64,000 nt of DNA from a virus. Below the pieces are notes generated by a model that searched no databases, was not told the origin of the DNA, and saw only the letters and a list, made by a program, of their open reading frames with translations. The stretch is from the IMG/VR virus record IMGVR_UViG_3300006339_000005, positions 62,587 to 126,586 of that record; one strand, written 5' to 3'. Both the position numbers and the translations under genes were made by a program. Position 1 is the stretch's first letter; every line of letters begins with the position of its first letter. Shown here piece after piece: positions 1 to 10,318 of this stretch.

Positions 1-3
1 ATG

Positions 4-1458
4 CTAAAGTGCTAGTCGCCAAGTGCCTTCCCGGTATTCACCTTCGAAGCTTAATGTCCATGCTGTACCGTCCCATTTATATTGGATACCGGTATTAAGG
101 TTGGTTGTATATTTGATATCTACAGTTGAATCAGATCCATCATTATCACTAGCATTGAATACAATAGTCCACACATTACCATCCCATTCGATTATATCAT
201 TTTCTGATGCAATGAAATCATCACCAGCTGTACTTTTCCAAGCATCTGCACCATCTTGGTTTACCTCAGCACCAATATCACCTAATAATAAGATTCTAAT
301 ACCACTTACTTTAACATCTGTAGGATTGGTTCTTGTTGGATCAATTATATAATCAATAGTTCCTTTAGTAATTGCTGGTCCGTCAAATACTGAATTAGTT
401 GGAATAGTATCTGTATCCCAGTTTACAATAAGTTGTGTTTCGTCTAATTCATTAAGTGCAAATGTTCCTATAACACTTCCTAAATCTAACCTGCTTAAAT
501 AAATTTTACTTAATCCTGCTATGTACTCTCCAGGTAATACATCTAAAACTATACGCCAATTTAATTCACCAGCAATACCTTTGTCACCTAATACAACAAT
601 ATTATTAGTTACTATTATATCATAATCTTTAAATGTAGTAATTGCTAATGAAGTTGTATCAGTTCTACTAGCTGTTCCATGTTTCTCAGTATCAACTGTT
701 GTGTCATCATCACCTTTAACATCTTGTCCTGGTGAGTCATCGTGTTTTACAAGTTCAGGTGTTGCTGAACCTAAATTAATTGTACCTTGGCTTTCATCAA
801 AAATACTCATTACAATAGCTGTTATAACACCTAACTTTTTAACCTTAGCAGGAGGTGATAACCAAATAGGAGTACTAAACCCTAGTTGTCCAACATCAAT
901 CATACTTTCTGTACCTATAGGAATACTTCTAGTTGAGAACTGAATGTTTTCTAAATCTACTACACTTAAACTAGTCCAGTCAATATAATTATCAGTTGTT
1001 TGAATTTCTAAACTTGGGTTAAACAAAGTTAATATTTGTTCTATTATTTGTAATTTTTGTTCTGTATTAGTTGACCAAATATCACAATTTATACCTAACT
1101 TAAATGGTGTTGGTGCTAATCGTTCTACGGTGTAATTTTGTCCTTGCGTATTTAAATATTCATTATTTTCACTATCATATGTACGTTCACGTAAATGAAT
1201 TTTACCTATATACGATGCATCTATAGTTCTTTGTCTATCCATTTCTAAAGTAGTTACATAAACACTTATTCTAGGAGCACTAGGTATTTTATTTTCACTA
1301 TTATCACGTATGATATGACCAACCTGACGGGTGATGTCGCCATACATTACAGGTATTTGTGTTAAGTTACCCTTGCCATCTTTATAAGAAAAGTTACTAA
1401 ACAACCTTATAAGCTGAGTAATGTAACGTCTTATTTGACCATCGTAAAAATGTTGCAT
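4..1458 (-). CDS. T4 gp15-like tail sheath terminator/completion protein with C-terminal extension
   Basis: N-terminus (HFYDGQIRRYITQLIRLFSNF..IPVMYG..PRISVY..KLQIIEQILTLFNP) follows the gp15 pattern; adjacent to gp14/gp13-like genes. Confidence 0.8.
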   Translation of the reverse strand: MQHFYDGQIRRYITQLIRLFSNFSYKDGKGNLTQIPVMYGDITRQVGHIIRDNSENKIPSAPRISVYVTTLEMDRQRTIDASYIGKIHLRERTYDSENNEYLNTQGQNYTVERLAPTPFKLGINCDIWSTNTEQKLQIIEQILTLFNPSLEIQTTDNYIDWTSLSVVDLENIQFSTRSIPIGTESMIDVGQLGFSTPIWLSPPAKVKKLGVITAIVMSIFDESQGTINLGSATPELVKHDDSPGQDVKGDDDTTVDTEKHGTASRTDTTSLAITTFKDYDIIVTNNIVVLGDKGIAGELNWRIVLDVLPGEYIAGLSKIYLSRLDLGSVIGTFALNELDETQLIVNWDTDTIPTNSVFDGPAITKGTIDYIIDPTRTNPTDVKVSGIRILLLGDIGAEVNQDGADAWKSTAGDDFIASENDIIEWDGNVWTIVFNASDNDGSDSTVDIKYTTNLNTGIQYKWDGTAWTLSFEGEYREGTWRLAL

Positions 1459-2615
1459 TAATTATCTGCCTTCGGTTTAATTGCTTTAGACAATGGTTGA
1501 CGTTCTTGAACAACCTGACCGCCTATCTCTGCTTCTCCAGTATTATTAATAAATCCAGTTTTTAGTGTAGCTCTTGTGTCTGTATTAGTTAATGTCATAC
1601 GTACTGAGTCTTCCATCTTAATCCATCTGCCTCCATCATATCTAAATAATCTATTAGGTAAGAAATCTGTTCTTAAGAAATAATCACCTTTAATTTGTTG
1701 TGTTGGAAATCCTATACCATGACCAAACGCTTCTCCGTTTGGTGCTATTCCATCACCTAATAAGTAACCATCATAACCATTTCGTTCAGGTGTTTGGTTA
1801 ACTCTGTCTGCTAACAATCCAGCCTGTGAAGCATCTAATGTATCAATGTCTGTTGTAACAAGTTCTGGTTTACCATCTTTATCAACTTGTAATGTATATA
1901 AATGTTGTGTTTCATATCCTGACTTAGGTGCATCAGCTTCTGCTTGGGAAACTACCGCCTCATTAATTTGCATTTCTTGTTCATAAGTAGACAATACATC
2001 ACGTAATGTATTAGCTGATCCTTCTTCTGCTGGTAGGTCAAGTATTTCTTTAAACTCTTGACTATCTACAATTTGTTTCATTTTTACACGATACAAATGT
2101 GGATACCAAGTTTGGCTAAATCCTTCTGCCGCTCTATTAACATCTTCAACAACATAAAAACGTTTTAGTGCAAGACTAAAGTCGTTAAGTGCATGGGGAT
2201 CTTTTAAGTGAGGTAATTCTATTACATCACCTGACATAATTTTTCTACCTAATGTTTTAACACTATCATTAATATGCACAGTCATAAACAATGTATCATT
2301 TTGTAAAAATAAACCAAATTGACTCATATCAAAGTCAATGTCTTGTACATTGTAAATACCTCTAGTATGATAAATGTCAGGATCATACTTTCTATCCCTA
2401 TTTTCAAGGAATAGCATATCTTGTATATTTGTTTCTTTTACCGCATCATAGCGAGGTTGGTCAGCTGTAGCATCTGCTTCTTCAGGATTTTGTGGTCCTA
2501 AATACTTGTGAATAAAAACGTCAGTTCCACCGACTTGAAACATCTCCCCAATGTGCTTATCTAGGAAGACATAATCGTCACCGCGTTCGGGCTTATATAG
2601 TGTTAGTCTAGGCAT
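1458..2615 (-). CDS. T4 gp14-like neck protein
   Basis: FDMSQFGLFLQNDTLFMTVH..GDVIELPH resembles gp14 core; between gp15-like and gp13-like genes. Confidence 0.75.
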   Translation of the reverse strand: MPRLTLYKPERGDDYVFLDKHIGEMFQVGGTDVFIHKYLGPQNPEEADATADQPRYDAVKETNIQDMLFLENRDRKYDPDIYHTRGIYNVQDIDFDMSQFGLFLQNDTLFMTVHINDSVKTLGRKIMSGDVIELPHLKDPHALNDFSLALKRFYVVEDVNRAAEGFSQTWYPHLYRVKMKQIVDSQEFKEILDLPAEEGSANTLRDVLSTYEQEMQINEAVVSQAEADAPKSGYETQHLYTLQVDKDGKPELVTTDIDTLDASQAGLLADRVNQTPERNGYDGYLLGDGIAPNGEAFGHGIGFPTQQIKGDYFLRTDFLPNRLFRYDGGRWIKMEDSVRMTLTNTDTRATLKTGFINNTGEAEIGGQVVQERQPLSKAIKPKADN

Positions 2616-2623
2616 CGTAACAG

Positions 2624-2653
2624 TATTTATTCGATGTCGGTATACGATAAATA
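2624..2653. promoter_or_regulatory. Back-to-back late promoter motifs (ATAAATA on - at 2624-2630; GATAAATA on + at 2646-2653)
   Basis: T4-type late promoter core upstream of both divergent neck genes. Confidence 0.65.
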
Positions 2654-2672
2654 CATATGGAGAGCATACAAT

Positions 2673-3431
2673 ATGAGCGATTTAGCTACACAAAAACAAG
2701 AAGTATTTGACTATGTAAACCTATCATTAGGTGGGGGTATGGTTGATGTTGAGCTAGACCCAGCTCATTATGAAGAAGCCCTTAAAAAGGCCTTTGCTAA
2801 ATTTAGACAACGATCTGATAATTCTGTTGAAGAATCGTATTTGTTTTTACCAACAGTAGTTGATCAAAATACTTATATTTTACCAGAAGAAGTGGTTGAA
2901 GTTAGACGTATACATAGACGGTCAATTGGATCACGTACTGGTGGTGGTGATGGCGGCACATTATTTGAACCTTTTAATTTAGCATATACAAATACCTATC
3001 TATTAGCAAGTACAAATATGGGTGGATTAGCTACATATGAATTATTTGCAGGGTATCAAGAACTTGTTGGAAGAATGTTTGGTAGTTTTATTGAATTTAA
3101 ATGGAACACTACTACTAAAGAATTAACAATATTACAACGTCCTCGTGCTGAAGAAGAATTACTATTATATGCTTATAATTTCCGTCCAGATAGCCAATTA
3201 TTAAAAGACTATCTAGCTGTACAATGGTTAAAAGATTATACACTTGCTACTTGTAAATATATGCTTGGTGAAGCACGAAGCAAATTTGCCACAGTAGCTG
3301 GTCCACAAGGTGGTACATCACTTAATGGTGATGCTCTAAAAGCCGAAGCTATTGCTGAAATACAGCAACTTGATGAAGAACTTAAATTACAAGTTGCAGG
3401 TGGGCAAGGTTACGGCTTCTCAATTGGTTAA
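2673..3431 (+). CDS. T4 gp13-like neck protein
   Basis: LGGGMVDVELD..EESYLFL..WLKDYTLATCKYMLGEARSKF..GPQGGTSLNG; start moved to ATG 2673 behind GGAG. Confidence 0.85.
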   Translation: MSDLATQKQEVFDYVNLSLGGGMVDVELDPAHYEEALKKAFAKFRQRSDNSVEESYLFLPTVVDQNTYILPEEVVEVRRIHRRSIGSRTGGGDGGTLFEPFNLAYTNTYLLASTNMGGLATYELFAGYQELVGRMFGSFIEFKWNTTTKELTILQRPRAEEELLLYAYNFRPDSQLLKDYLAVQWLKDYTLATCKYMLGEARSKFATVAGPQGGTSLNGDALKAEAIAEIQQLDEELKLQVAGGQGYGFSIG

Positions 3432-3439
3432 AATTACAC

Positions 3440-3468
3440 TTGACATTTAACTAAATTCCTCGTATAAT
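3440..3468 (+). promoter_or_regulatory. sigma70-type promoter
   Basis: TTGACA-17nt-TATAAT perfect consensus. Confidence 0.8.
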
Positions 3469-3494
3469 ATAAACATAATATGAGGAATAATCAA

Positions 3495-4088
3495 ATGGTA
3501 ATTGGAATCTGTGGGCTTATTAGCTCGGGTAAAGATACAATAGCGGATTATTTAATTAAAGAGCATAACTTCCAAAAAATTTCATTTGCAGATAAGCTAA
3601 AAGATAGTGTAGCGGCTATGTTTAATTGGGACCGTGAATTACTTGACGGCAAAACTGTTGAAAGCAGAGAATGGCGTGAAACAGTCGATACTTACTGGAC
3701 TAATGAAATAGGACGTGAAATCACACCTAGACTAGTATTACAATTATTTGGTACAGAATGTATGCGTAACGGATTTTATGATGGTATATGGGTTAGTTTA
3801 ACTAAGAAGAAAATACTAGATAATCCAGATACTAACTATGTTATTCCAGATACACGCTTCCCAAATGAAGCTAAAATGTTGTATGAAATCAACGGAGAAG
3901 TTTGGCGTGTTAAACGTGGAGAAGATCCAGCTTGGTTTAGTGAATATCAAGAATTAGGTGTTGAACCTACCAACCAACACCCTAGTGAATGGGCTTGGGC
4001 ACAAACTAAATTTAAACATATTATTGATAATAACGGTACTATTCCTGAACTTAAAAGTCAGGTACTAAATCTCCTTGTTTCCAAGTAA
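3495..4088 (+). CDS. Deoxynucleoside monophosphate kinase (T4 gp1-like)
   Basis: IGICGLISSGKDT P-loop, SFADKLK, TPRLVLQLFGTE, DTRFPNE; start 3495 behind GAGG. Confidence 0.9.
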   Translation: MVIGICGLISSGKDTIADYLIKEHNFQKISFADKLKDSVAAMFNWDRELLDGKTVESREWRETVDTYWTNEIGREITPRLVLQLFGTECMRNGFYDGIWVSLTKKKILDNPDTNYVIPDTRFPNEAKMLYEINGEVWRVKRGEDPAWFSEYQELGVEPTNQHPSEWAWAQTKFKHIIDNNGTIPELKSQVLNLLVSK

Positions 4089-4389
4089 TACCTTCTTTAT
4101 ATAAAATCTTACTACAATTTGCACAAACAGTTTTTAAGTTTGATGTGCGAACATTATTAAGATTTCCATCTACATAATAAACATGAAATTGTTCTTTATG
4201 TTTACTACGAAACGCACACTTATCACAAACAGTTTTTTTAATGTAACCAGCTAACGCCCACTTCGATGGTCCACGTTCTTTGCCTCCATGTTTAGCACAG
4301 TTCTCACAAAGGCTCCGATAATAAGGAACTCCTTTCTTATAATAATTAAGTGCTACCGGCTTTTTACCGCATTTGCATAAAGGTCTCAT
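4051..4389 (-). CDS. Zn-binding HNH-fold protein, catalytic residues degenerate
   Basis: CxC, CxxC, CxxC and HVYYVDGNLNNVRTSNLKTVCANCS matching HNH scaffold without the usual His residues. Confidence 0.6.
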   Translation of the reverse strand: MRPLCKCGKKPVALNYYKKGVPYYRSLCENCAKHGGKERGPSKWALAGYIKKTVCDKCAFRSKHKEQFHVYYVDGNLNNVRTSNLKTVCANCSKILYKEGITWKQGDLVPDF

Positions 4390-4471
4390 GATAGTATTTA
4401 TACCTCCCCTTTTCACTTCCCTTTTCAAGACTATTTTTGCGGTGTATTGAGACCCGTTTTTGGAGAATTGA

Positions 4472-4479
4472 TATAAATA
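4472..4479 (+). promoter_or_regulatory. Late promoter TATAAATA
   Basis: Exact T4 late consensus 40 nt upstream of the tail sheath gene. Confidence 0.75.
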
Positions 4480-4518
4480 CTAGCAACGAGATGACTATGT
4501 CCAACGGGAGAACATACA

Positions 4519-7500
4519 ATGGCTAATTTAGTATCACCAGGCGTACAAGTTCAAGTTATAGACGAAAGTTTCTATACACCAGCTGAACCGGGTACAGTAC
4601 CTATGATATTCTTTGTATCTGCACAAGATAAGGCAAATGGTGCAGGAACAGGAACAGCGACAGGTACCACACAAAAACAAGCAGGAACACCTTTCTTGCT
4701 AACATCACAAAGAGAATTAACAGAAACATTTGGAGATCCAAGTTTCTATACAGATACAAATAACAATCCAATTAATGGCAGTGAGCTTAACGAATACGGA
4801 TTACAAGCGGCTTATTCATACCTAGGTGTGAGTAACAGAGCATGGGTAACAAGAGCTGACGTTAACACTACAGAATTACTTGCAACGGCAACTGAGCCGG
4901 CGGCAGATCCTGCAGATGGAACATTTTGGTTTGATACAGGAAATACTTTATGGGGCATTTTTGAATGGAACGCTAACGCGGCTACTGTCACTGGTGGACA
5001 GACATTTACTAATAAAATACCTTATGTAATAACAGACGAAACTAAAGTAACATCAGGCGTACCTAAGACATCCGTTGGTCAAGTAGGAGATTACGCCGTT
5101 GTTGCAACAACTACATTAAACAAAATATTTTACAAAAACACAGGAGGTGTTTGGGTACAATTAGGAACAACTAATTGGGTTTCAGCACATCCGACAGTAA
5201 CAGGAACAGAAAGCAATCCAACTATTACAAACACAGCTAGTATGAGTGTTAATGCTACAGTTGTAACTTCAGGTGGAACAGCTTTAGCTGATGTTGTAAG
5301 TGCTCTTAACGGAGCAAGTATTGCCGGTGTAACTTCAGCGGTTGTTGATGGTAAATTTGAAATTTACTCAACAGGCGTAGATGTTGTATTAGCAACAAAC
5401 AGTTCAACATTACTTTCAGAAATTGGTTTAACAGCTGGAACATTTAAAGCACCAGCATTACAAATTACACCGCATACTGACGTACCAGAATTTAAATTGT
5501 CTGATACTGCACCAAGACCAACAGGGTCTATTTGGATTAAAACTACACAACCTAACTTAGGTGCTCGTTTTAGAGTTAAGAAATTTAACGGAACGACTAA
5601 TCTTTGGGAAGATGTTGTAGCACCAATGTACAGTACTAATCATTCAGCATTGTTTAACTTAGACAAAGCTGGTGGCGGAGTTAATCTAGCAGTAGGTACT
5701 TTATTTGTTAATTACAATAACGCTGAAGTTAGTCCAATTTTAGCAGATTTTAAAATTCATAGACGTATTTCTACAGGAAACACAACTATTACAAGTGATA
5801 TAATTGCCGCTCAACTTACAGCGAACACTTATGCATTTAATATCCAAGAGTCTATTGTTGGACAAGAAGCTCTAGGAGCAGATGTAACAGTTAGTGTTAC
5901 AACTACAGCGGCATCAAGTGATGCTGACGAAATTGCAGGTGCAATTAACTCAGCAGGATTTACTAACGTTGAAGCTTCAGTAGATGCTTCAAATAGAATT
6001 GTTATTTCACATAATGATGGTGGTGAATTCCGTATTGAAGATACCGGTGGCGTACTTACCTTAGCTGGATATATAGCTTATGTAGATACTACAACAGGTA
6101 CACCTAACTTGTATGCGGCGCCAACAGGCGACAGTACACACAGTTTAGTTGCAAGTAACTGGCAAGTATTAACTTATACAGCAGGATCAGATGCACCAAC
6201 TGCCTTAACAACAGATAACAGATTATGGTACAGTTCAATTGTTGACGAAGTTGACATGATGGTCCACAATGGTACTACTTGGGTAGGATATCAAGATTCG
6301 ACTAGCCCGTTTTATGCGGTTGCGTCAGCTGATAAAACTGACCCAGCTGGTCCGATTGTAGCGGCAACAGAGCCAACTGTACAATCAGATGGTACTGCAC
6401 TTAAAAATGGTGACCTTTGGATTTCAACAGCAGATGTTGAAAACTATCCACAAATTTACAAATATAACGGATCTACTTTAAAGTTTGTTTTAATTGATTC
6501 AAGTGATCAAACAACTGAAGATGGCGTTTTATTTGCAGATGCACGTTACAATACAGCAGGTGCTAATTCAGATAAAGACGGAACTATTGCGGCACTATTA
6601 GTAAGTAACTTTATTGATACTGACGCTCCAGATCCAGCACTATATCCAAAAGGTATGTTGCTTTATAATCTACGTAGAAGTGGTTTTAATGTTAAAAAGT
6701 TTGTTCGTAACTATGTTAACACATCTACAGACAATATTAGATTTGGCGACGAATCACAAGATGCCTACTATGCACACCGTTGGGTTACTGAATCAGCTAA
6801 CCAACCAAATGGTGCAGGTAGCTTTGGACGTAAAGCACAACGTAAAGTTGTTGTACAAGGACTTCAAGCACTAGTAAATAGCAACCAGAAAATTAGAGAT
6901 GATGAATCAAGGTTGTTTAACTTAATGGCTTGTCCTGGATATCCAGAACTAATTGGTGAAATGGTTACATTAAACTATGATAGAAGCCTAAGTGCATTTA
7001 TTATAGGTGACTCACCGTTTAGGTTAACACCGGATGCAACTTCACTTAACAACTGGGGCAAAAATACAGCTCTAGCAGTTGAAGATAATGACGATGGGCT
7101 TGTTACTTTTGATGAATACTTAGGTGTATTTTATCCAAGTTTATTCACAAGTGACAACGCAGGTAACAACGTAGTTGTTCCACCAAGTCATGCAACATTA
7201 AGAACATTTGCATTAAGCGATCAAGTTTCGTTTCCATGGTTTGCACCAGCAGGAACAAGACGTGGTGGCATTACAAACGCAAGTGCGGCAGGTTACATTG
7301 ACAACGAAGGTGAATTTGTAAGTACTGCACTTAATGAAGGGCAACGTGACACGTTATATAGCAACGCTATTAACCCAATTACGTTCCTAACAGGAGCAGG
7401 GTTAGTAATCTTTGGACAAAAGACAAGAGCCAAGAATGCATCGGCACTTGATAGAATTAACGTAGCACGTCTAGTAATTTACTTACGTGGGCAACTTAAA

Positions 7501-7767
7501 AAACTTGCTAAACCTTATATCTTTGAACCAAATGATAAGATTACGCGAGACGAAATTAAGGCGCAAACTGATACTTTGCTACTTGAACTAGTTGGTCAAA
7601 GAGCACTTTATGACTTCTTAGTTGTGTGTGATGAATCAAACAACACTCCAGCTAGAATCGATCGTAATGAGCTTTATTTAGATATTGCCATAGAGCCAGT
7701 GAAAGCAGTTGAATTTATTTACATTCCACTAAGGCTTAAAAATACTGGTGAAATAGCGGGACTGTAA
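4519..7767 (+). CDS. Tail sheath protein (gp18-like), 1082 aa
   Basis: LVSPGVQVQVIDES N-terminus; PWFAPAG..RG, INPI, GQKT, LDRINVARL, FEPND, IEFIYIP C-terminal sheath motifs. Confidence 0.95.
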   Translation: MANLVSPGVQVQVIDESFYTPAEPGTVPMIFFVSAQDKANGAGTGTATGTTQKQAGTPFLLTSQRELTETFGDPSFYTDTNNNPINGSELNEYGLQAAYSYLGVSNRAWVTRADVNTTELLATATEPAADPADGTFWFDTGNTLWGIFEWNANAATVTGGQTFTNKIPYVITDETKVTSGVPKTSVGQVGDYAVVATTTLNKIFYKNTGGVWVQLGTTNWVSAHPTVTGTESNPTITNTASMSVNATVVTSGGTALADVVSALNGASIAGVTSAVVDGKFEIYSTGVDVVLATNSSTLLSEIGLTAGTFKAPALQITPHTDVPEFKLSDTAPRPTGSIWIKTTQPNLGARFRVKKFNGTTNLWEDVVAPMYSTNHSALFNLDKAGGGVNLAVGTLFVNYNNAEVSPILADFKIHRRISTGNTTITSDIIAAQLTANTYAFNIQESIVGQEALGADVTVSVTTTAASSDADEIAGAINSAGFTNVEASVDASNRIVISHNDGGEFRIEDTGGVLTLAGYIAYVDTTTGTPNLYAAPTGDSTHSLVASNWQVLTYTAGSDAPTALTTDNRLWYSSIVDEVDMMVHNGTTWVGYQDSTSPFYAVASADKTDPAGPIVAATEPTVQSDGTALKNGDLWISTADVENYPQIYKYNGSTLKFVLIDSSDQTTEDGVLFADARYNTAGANSDKDGTIAALLVSNFIDTDAPDPALYPKGMLLYNLRRSGFNVKKFVRNYVNTSTDNIRFGDESQDAYYAHRWVTESANQPNGAGSFGRKAQRKVVVQGLQALVNSNQKIRDDESRLFNLMACPGYPELIGEMVTLNYDRSLSAFIIGDSPFRLTPDATSLNNWGKNTALAVEDNDDGLVTFDEYLGVFYPSLFTSDNAGNNVVVPPSHATLRTFALSDQVSFPWFAPAGTRRGGITNASAAGYIDNEGEFVSTALNEGQRDTLYSNAINPITFLTGAGLVIFGQKTRAKNASALDRINVARLVIYLRGQLKKLAKPYIFEPNDKITRDEIKAQTDTLLLELVGQRALYDFLVVCDESNNTPARIDRNELYLDIAIEPVKAVEFIYIPLRLKNTGEIAGL

Positions 7768-7770
7768 AAT

Positions 7771-7778
7771 GATAAATA
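7771..7778 (+). promoter_or_regulatory. Late promoter motif GATAAATA
   Basis: Upstream of tail tube gene; same octamer at 8516-8523, 10764-10771, 11257-11264, 14886-14893. Confidence 0.65.
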
Positions 7779-7800
7779 CTATTAACGAGGAGATATTATA

Positions 7801-8430
7801 ATGAGCATTTCGACATTATCAAAACTTACAGTACCTTTAGATTCAAGTGCATCAGCGTCGAATCAAGGGCTGTTAATGCCGAAACTCCAATATCGCTTTA
7901 GGGTGACATTGGAAAATTTCGGAGTATCAACGCCAACAACAGAGTTGACTAAACAGGTAGTTGATATAACAAGACCTAACGTGTCTTTTGAACAGATCAC
8001 CGTAGACGTGTATAACTCTAAAGTATTCCTAGCAGGAAAACATACTTGGGAGCCAATTACACTTAATTTACGTGAAGATGTTTCAAATAACGTACAAAAA
8101 TTAGTTGGTGAACAACTACAGAAACAATTTGATTTCTTTGAACAATCAAGTGCGGCTTCAGGAAGCGATTACAAATTCGTAACTAGAATTGAAATTTTAG
8201 ACGGTGGTAATGGTGCAAATGCGGCAGGTGTACTTGAAACATTCGAACTTTATGGTTGTTATTGTGAAAGTGCTAACTACAATACATTAGCATACGCAAC
8301 AAACGATCCAGTAACAGTTGCATTATCAATTAGATATGATAACGCAATACAAACACCACAAGGTACAGGTATTGGTACAGCAGTTGGTAGAGCAGTTAAT
8401 ACTGCTATTACTGGTGGTGGATCTTCATAA
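7801..8430 (+). CDS. Tail tube protein (gp19-like)
   Basis: PKLQYRFRV, RPNVSF, AGKHTWEPITL, YDNAIQ; directly after sheath. Confidence 0.9.
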   Translation: MSISTLSKLTVPLDSSASASNQGLLMPKLQYRFRVTLENFGVSTPTTELTKQVVDITRPNVSFEQITVDVYNSKVFLAGKHTWEPITLNLREDVSNNVQKLVGEQLQKQFDFFEQSSAASGSDYKFVTRIEILDGGNGANAAGVLETFELYGCYCESANYNTLAYATNDPVTVALSIRYDNAIQTPQGTGIGTAVGRAVNTAITGGGSS

Positions 8431-8460
8431 TATAATACCACAATATAATATTTCCGAGTA

Positions 8461-8494
8461 AAGGGGGGTCTTTTTAGGCCCCTTTTTTCTTTTT
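8461..8494 (+). terminator. Intrinsic terminator
   Basis: GGGGTC/GGCCCC stem followed by T-rich tract after tail tube gene. Confidence 0.7.
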
Positions 8495-8528
8495 AAATAC
8501 CCACTTATTTTCCTAGATAAATAATAGT

Positions 8529-9914
8529 ATGGCATTCAAATTTAAAGGATTTTTAGATAACTTATTAGGAGGGGCTACAAACCCTAAGGGTAACCTTGCT
8601 GACTGGGCCCACGCACGAGCATTATATACTAATGACGATCATCGTCTTGCTCCTAAACAGAAGTTTCTATACCATGTAACTTTTAATTTAAGTCCTGTAG
8701 CAGTTAAAGTAATTCCAGAAATACAAACAAGAGAAATTAATATGCTTGTTAAATCTGTAGACTTGCCCAAGTATAATATAACAACTAACTTAAAACACCA
8801 ATACAATCAAAAACGTAATTTACAAACAAGATTAGATTATGATCCTATTAATATAACTTTCCATGATGACAACTTTGGTCAAACAACTGGGATGTGGGAA
8901 GCATATTATAAGTATTATTTCAAAGACGGAAATTATGGAAGAACTGCTGGTGGGCATCCAGAAGGTCGTGCCGCCGCTTATAATAGAGGGAATACATATC
9001 TAGGTGAAACATTAAACGGTTTTCGTTATGGTATGGACAATGACAGTTACTATAACTTTTTTGAAAGTATTCAAATTTGGCAAATGTCTAGACGAAGATA
9101 TACTTGTTTTACATTAGTTAATCCATTGATTCAAAGTTGGCAACATGATACAATGGAAAACTCTGCAAGTGATCCTGTACAAAGTACAATGCAAGTTTTA
9201 TACGAAACTGTATGGTACGGTCGCGGAGCAGTTACAGATAATATAGCACCTAAGGGATTCGGATCAGAATCGGGACACTATGATACAACTCCAAGTCCAC
9301 TAACAATAGAAGGTGGAGGTACATCTAGTTTCTTTGGTCAAGGCGGTGTAGCAGAAGGTGGATTAGGTGTACTTGGAGACATTACAAGTGGAAATGCATT
9401 TAAAAGTCCAACTTCTTTTCTTGGTACTGTACTTAAAGGTGCAAACGTTTTTAAAAATGCAAAAAGTTTATCACGTGGTGGCTTACGTGAAGAAGGATTT
9501 AATATTTTAAAAGGAGCAATTGGTGGTGTTGGAAATGTTAATATTGTTGGTGGTGTTGCAAATACTCTTTTCCCGAAAAGTTCAGGAAGTTTTGGTGTTG
9601 CAAGTACTCTTACAAAAGCAATACCCGGAATAGCAATTGCTAGTAAATTATTAGGTTCGGGTCAAACTTCATCAATTGCTGAAATAGGGCTTAACTTGGT
9701 TAAAAATCCAGTCAATCTAAATGCGTTCACTTTAATTGCAAACCAGGCACAAGGTATGAAGAAACTATTGAACGACGGGGCATCGCCAATAATACAAAAT
9801 CTTACTGATGTTTTTAACGCTCAACCAGAAGCAGTTAAAAATACCGCAAATAACGAAACGCTTAACCAACTTGAAACGTTAAGCAGACAACATCCAAACC
9901 TAACGTTTACATAA
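8529..9914 (+). CDS. Tail-tube-like baseplate protein (gp48/gp54-like) with Gly-rich C-terminal half
   Basis: N-terminal tube-fold pattern (LVKSVDLPKY, YDPINITFHDDN, NPLIQSWQHD); position after gp19. Confidence 0.6.
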   Translation: MAFKFKGFLDNLLGGATNPKGNLADWAHARALYTNDDHRLAPKQKFLYHVTFNLSPVAVKVIPEIQTREINMLVKSVDLPKYNITTNLKHQYNQKRNLQTRLDYDPINITFHDDNFGQTTGMWEAYYKYYFKDGNYGRTAGGHPEGRAAAYNRGNTYLGETLNGFRYGMDNDSYYNFFESIQIWQMSRRRYTCFTLVNPLIQSWQHDTMENSASDPVQSTMQVLYETVWYGRGAVTDNIAPKGFGSESGHYDTTPSPLTIEGGGTSSFFGQGGVAEGGLGVLGDITSGNAFKSPTSFLGTVLKGANVFKNAKSLSRGGLREEGFNILKGAIGGVGNVNIVGGVANTLFPKSSGSFGVASTLTKAIPGIAIASKLLGSGQTSSIAEIGLNLVKNPVNLNAFTLIANQAQGMKKLLNDGASPIIQNLTDVFNAQPEAVKNTANNETLNQLETLSRQHPNLTFT

Positions 9915-9924
9915 GGAAAAAGAT

Positions 9925-10317
9925 ATGCCAATAGTAACACCAAATCCACAACCAACTAACTTACCAAGAATTGATAAGAATGATTCTGCACAAGAAGTAA
10001 AAAACTTTTTAGATCAATATTTTACTGCTTCTATTAGTTTTCCAACGAACCAAGTTGATGCAGTTATTGGCTTTTTTGAAAATAAAGGATTTGATAAAGT
10101 TAGTTCACAAACAATCGGTACTATTCTTATGCAACAAGCTAGAATAGACGATATTAATGTATTTGAATTAATAGATACACTTAAAGGTTATGATAATCTT
10201 GAATTAAGTGGAATTGTGACTGAAGTATTAAATTATAATCGATCAAAAATTAGTACTCTAGGGTATAAAGTAGATACATCTGTTAATAAACTAGAGACAA
10301 GAAACGTATTGGTATGA
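9925..10317 (+). CDS. Hypothetical protein (morphogenesis cluster)
   Basis: 130-aa ORF with RBS, tightly packed in operon. Confidence 0.7.
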   Translation: MPIVTPNPQPTNLPRIDKNDSAQEVKNFLDQYFTASISFPTNQVDAVIGFFENKGFDKVSSQTIGTILMQQARIDDINVFELIDTLKGYDNLELSGIVTEVLNYNRSKISTLGYKVDTSVNKLETRNVLV

Positions 10318-10318
10318 T

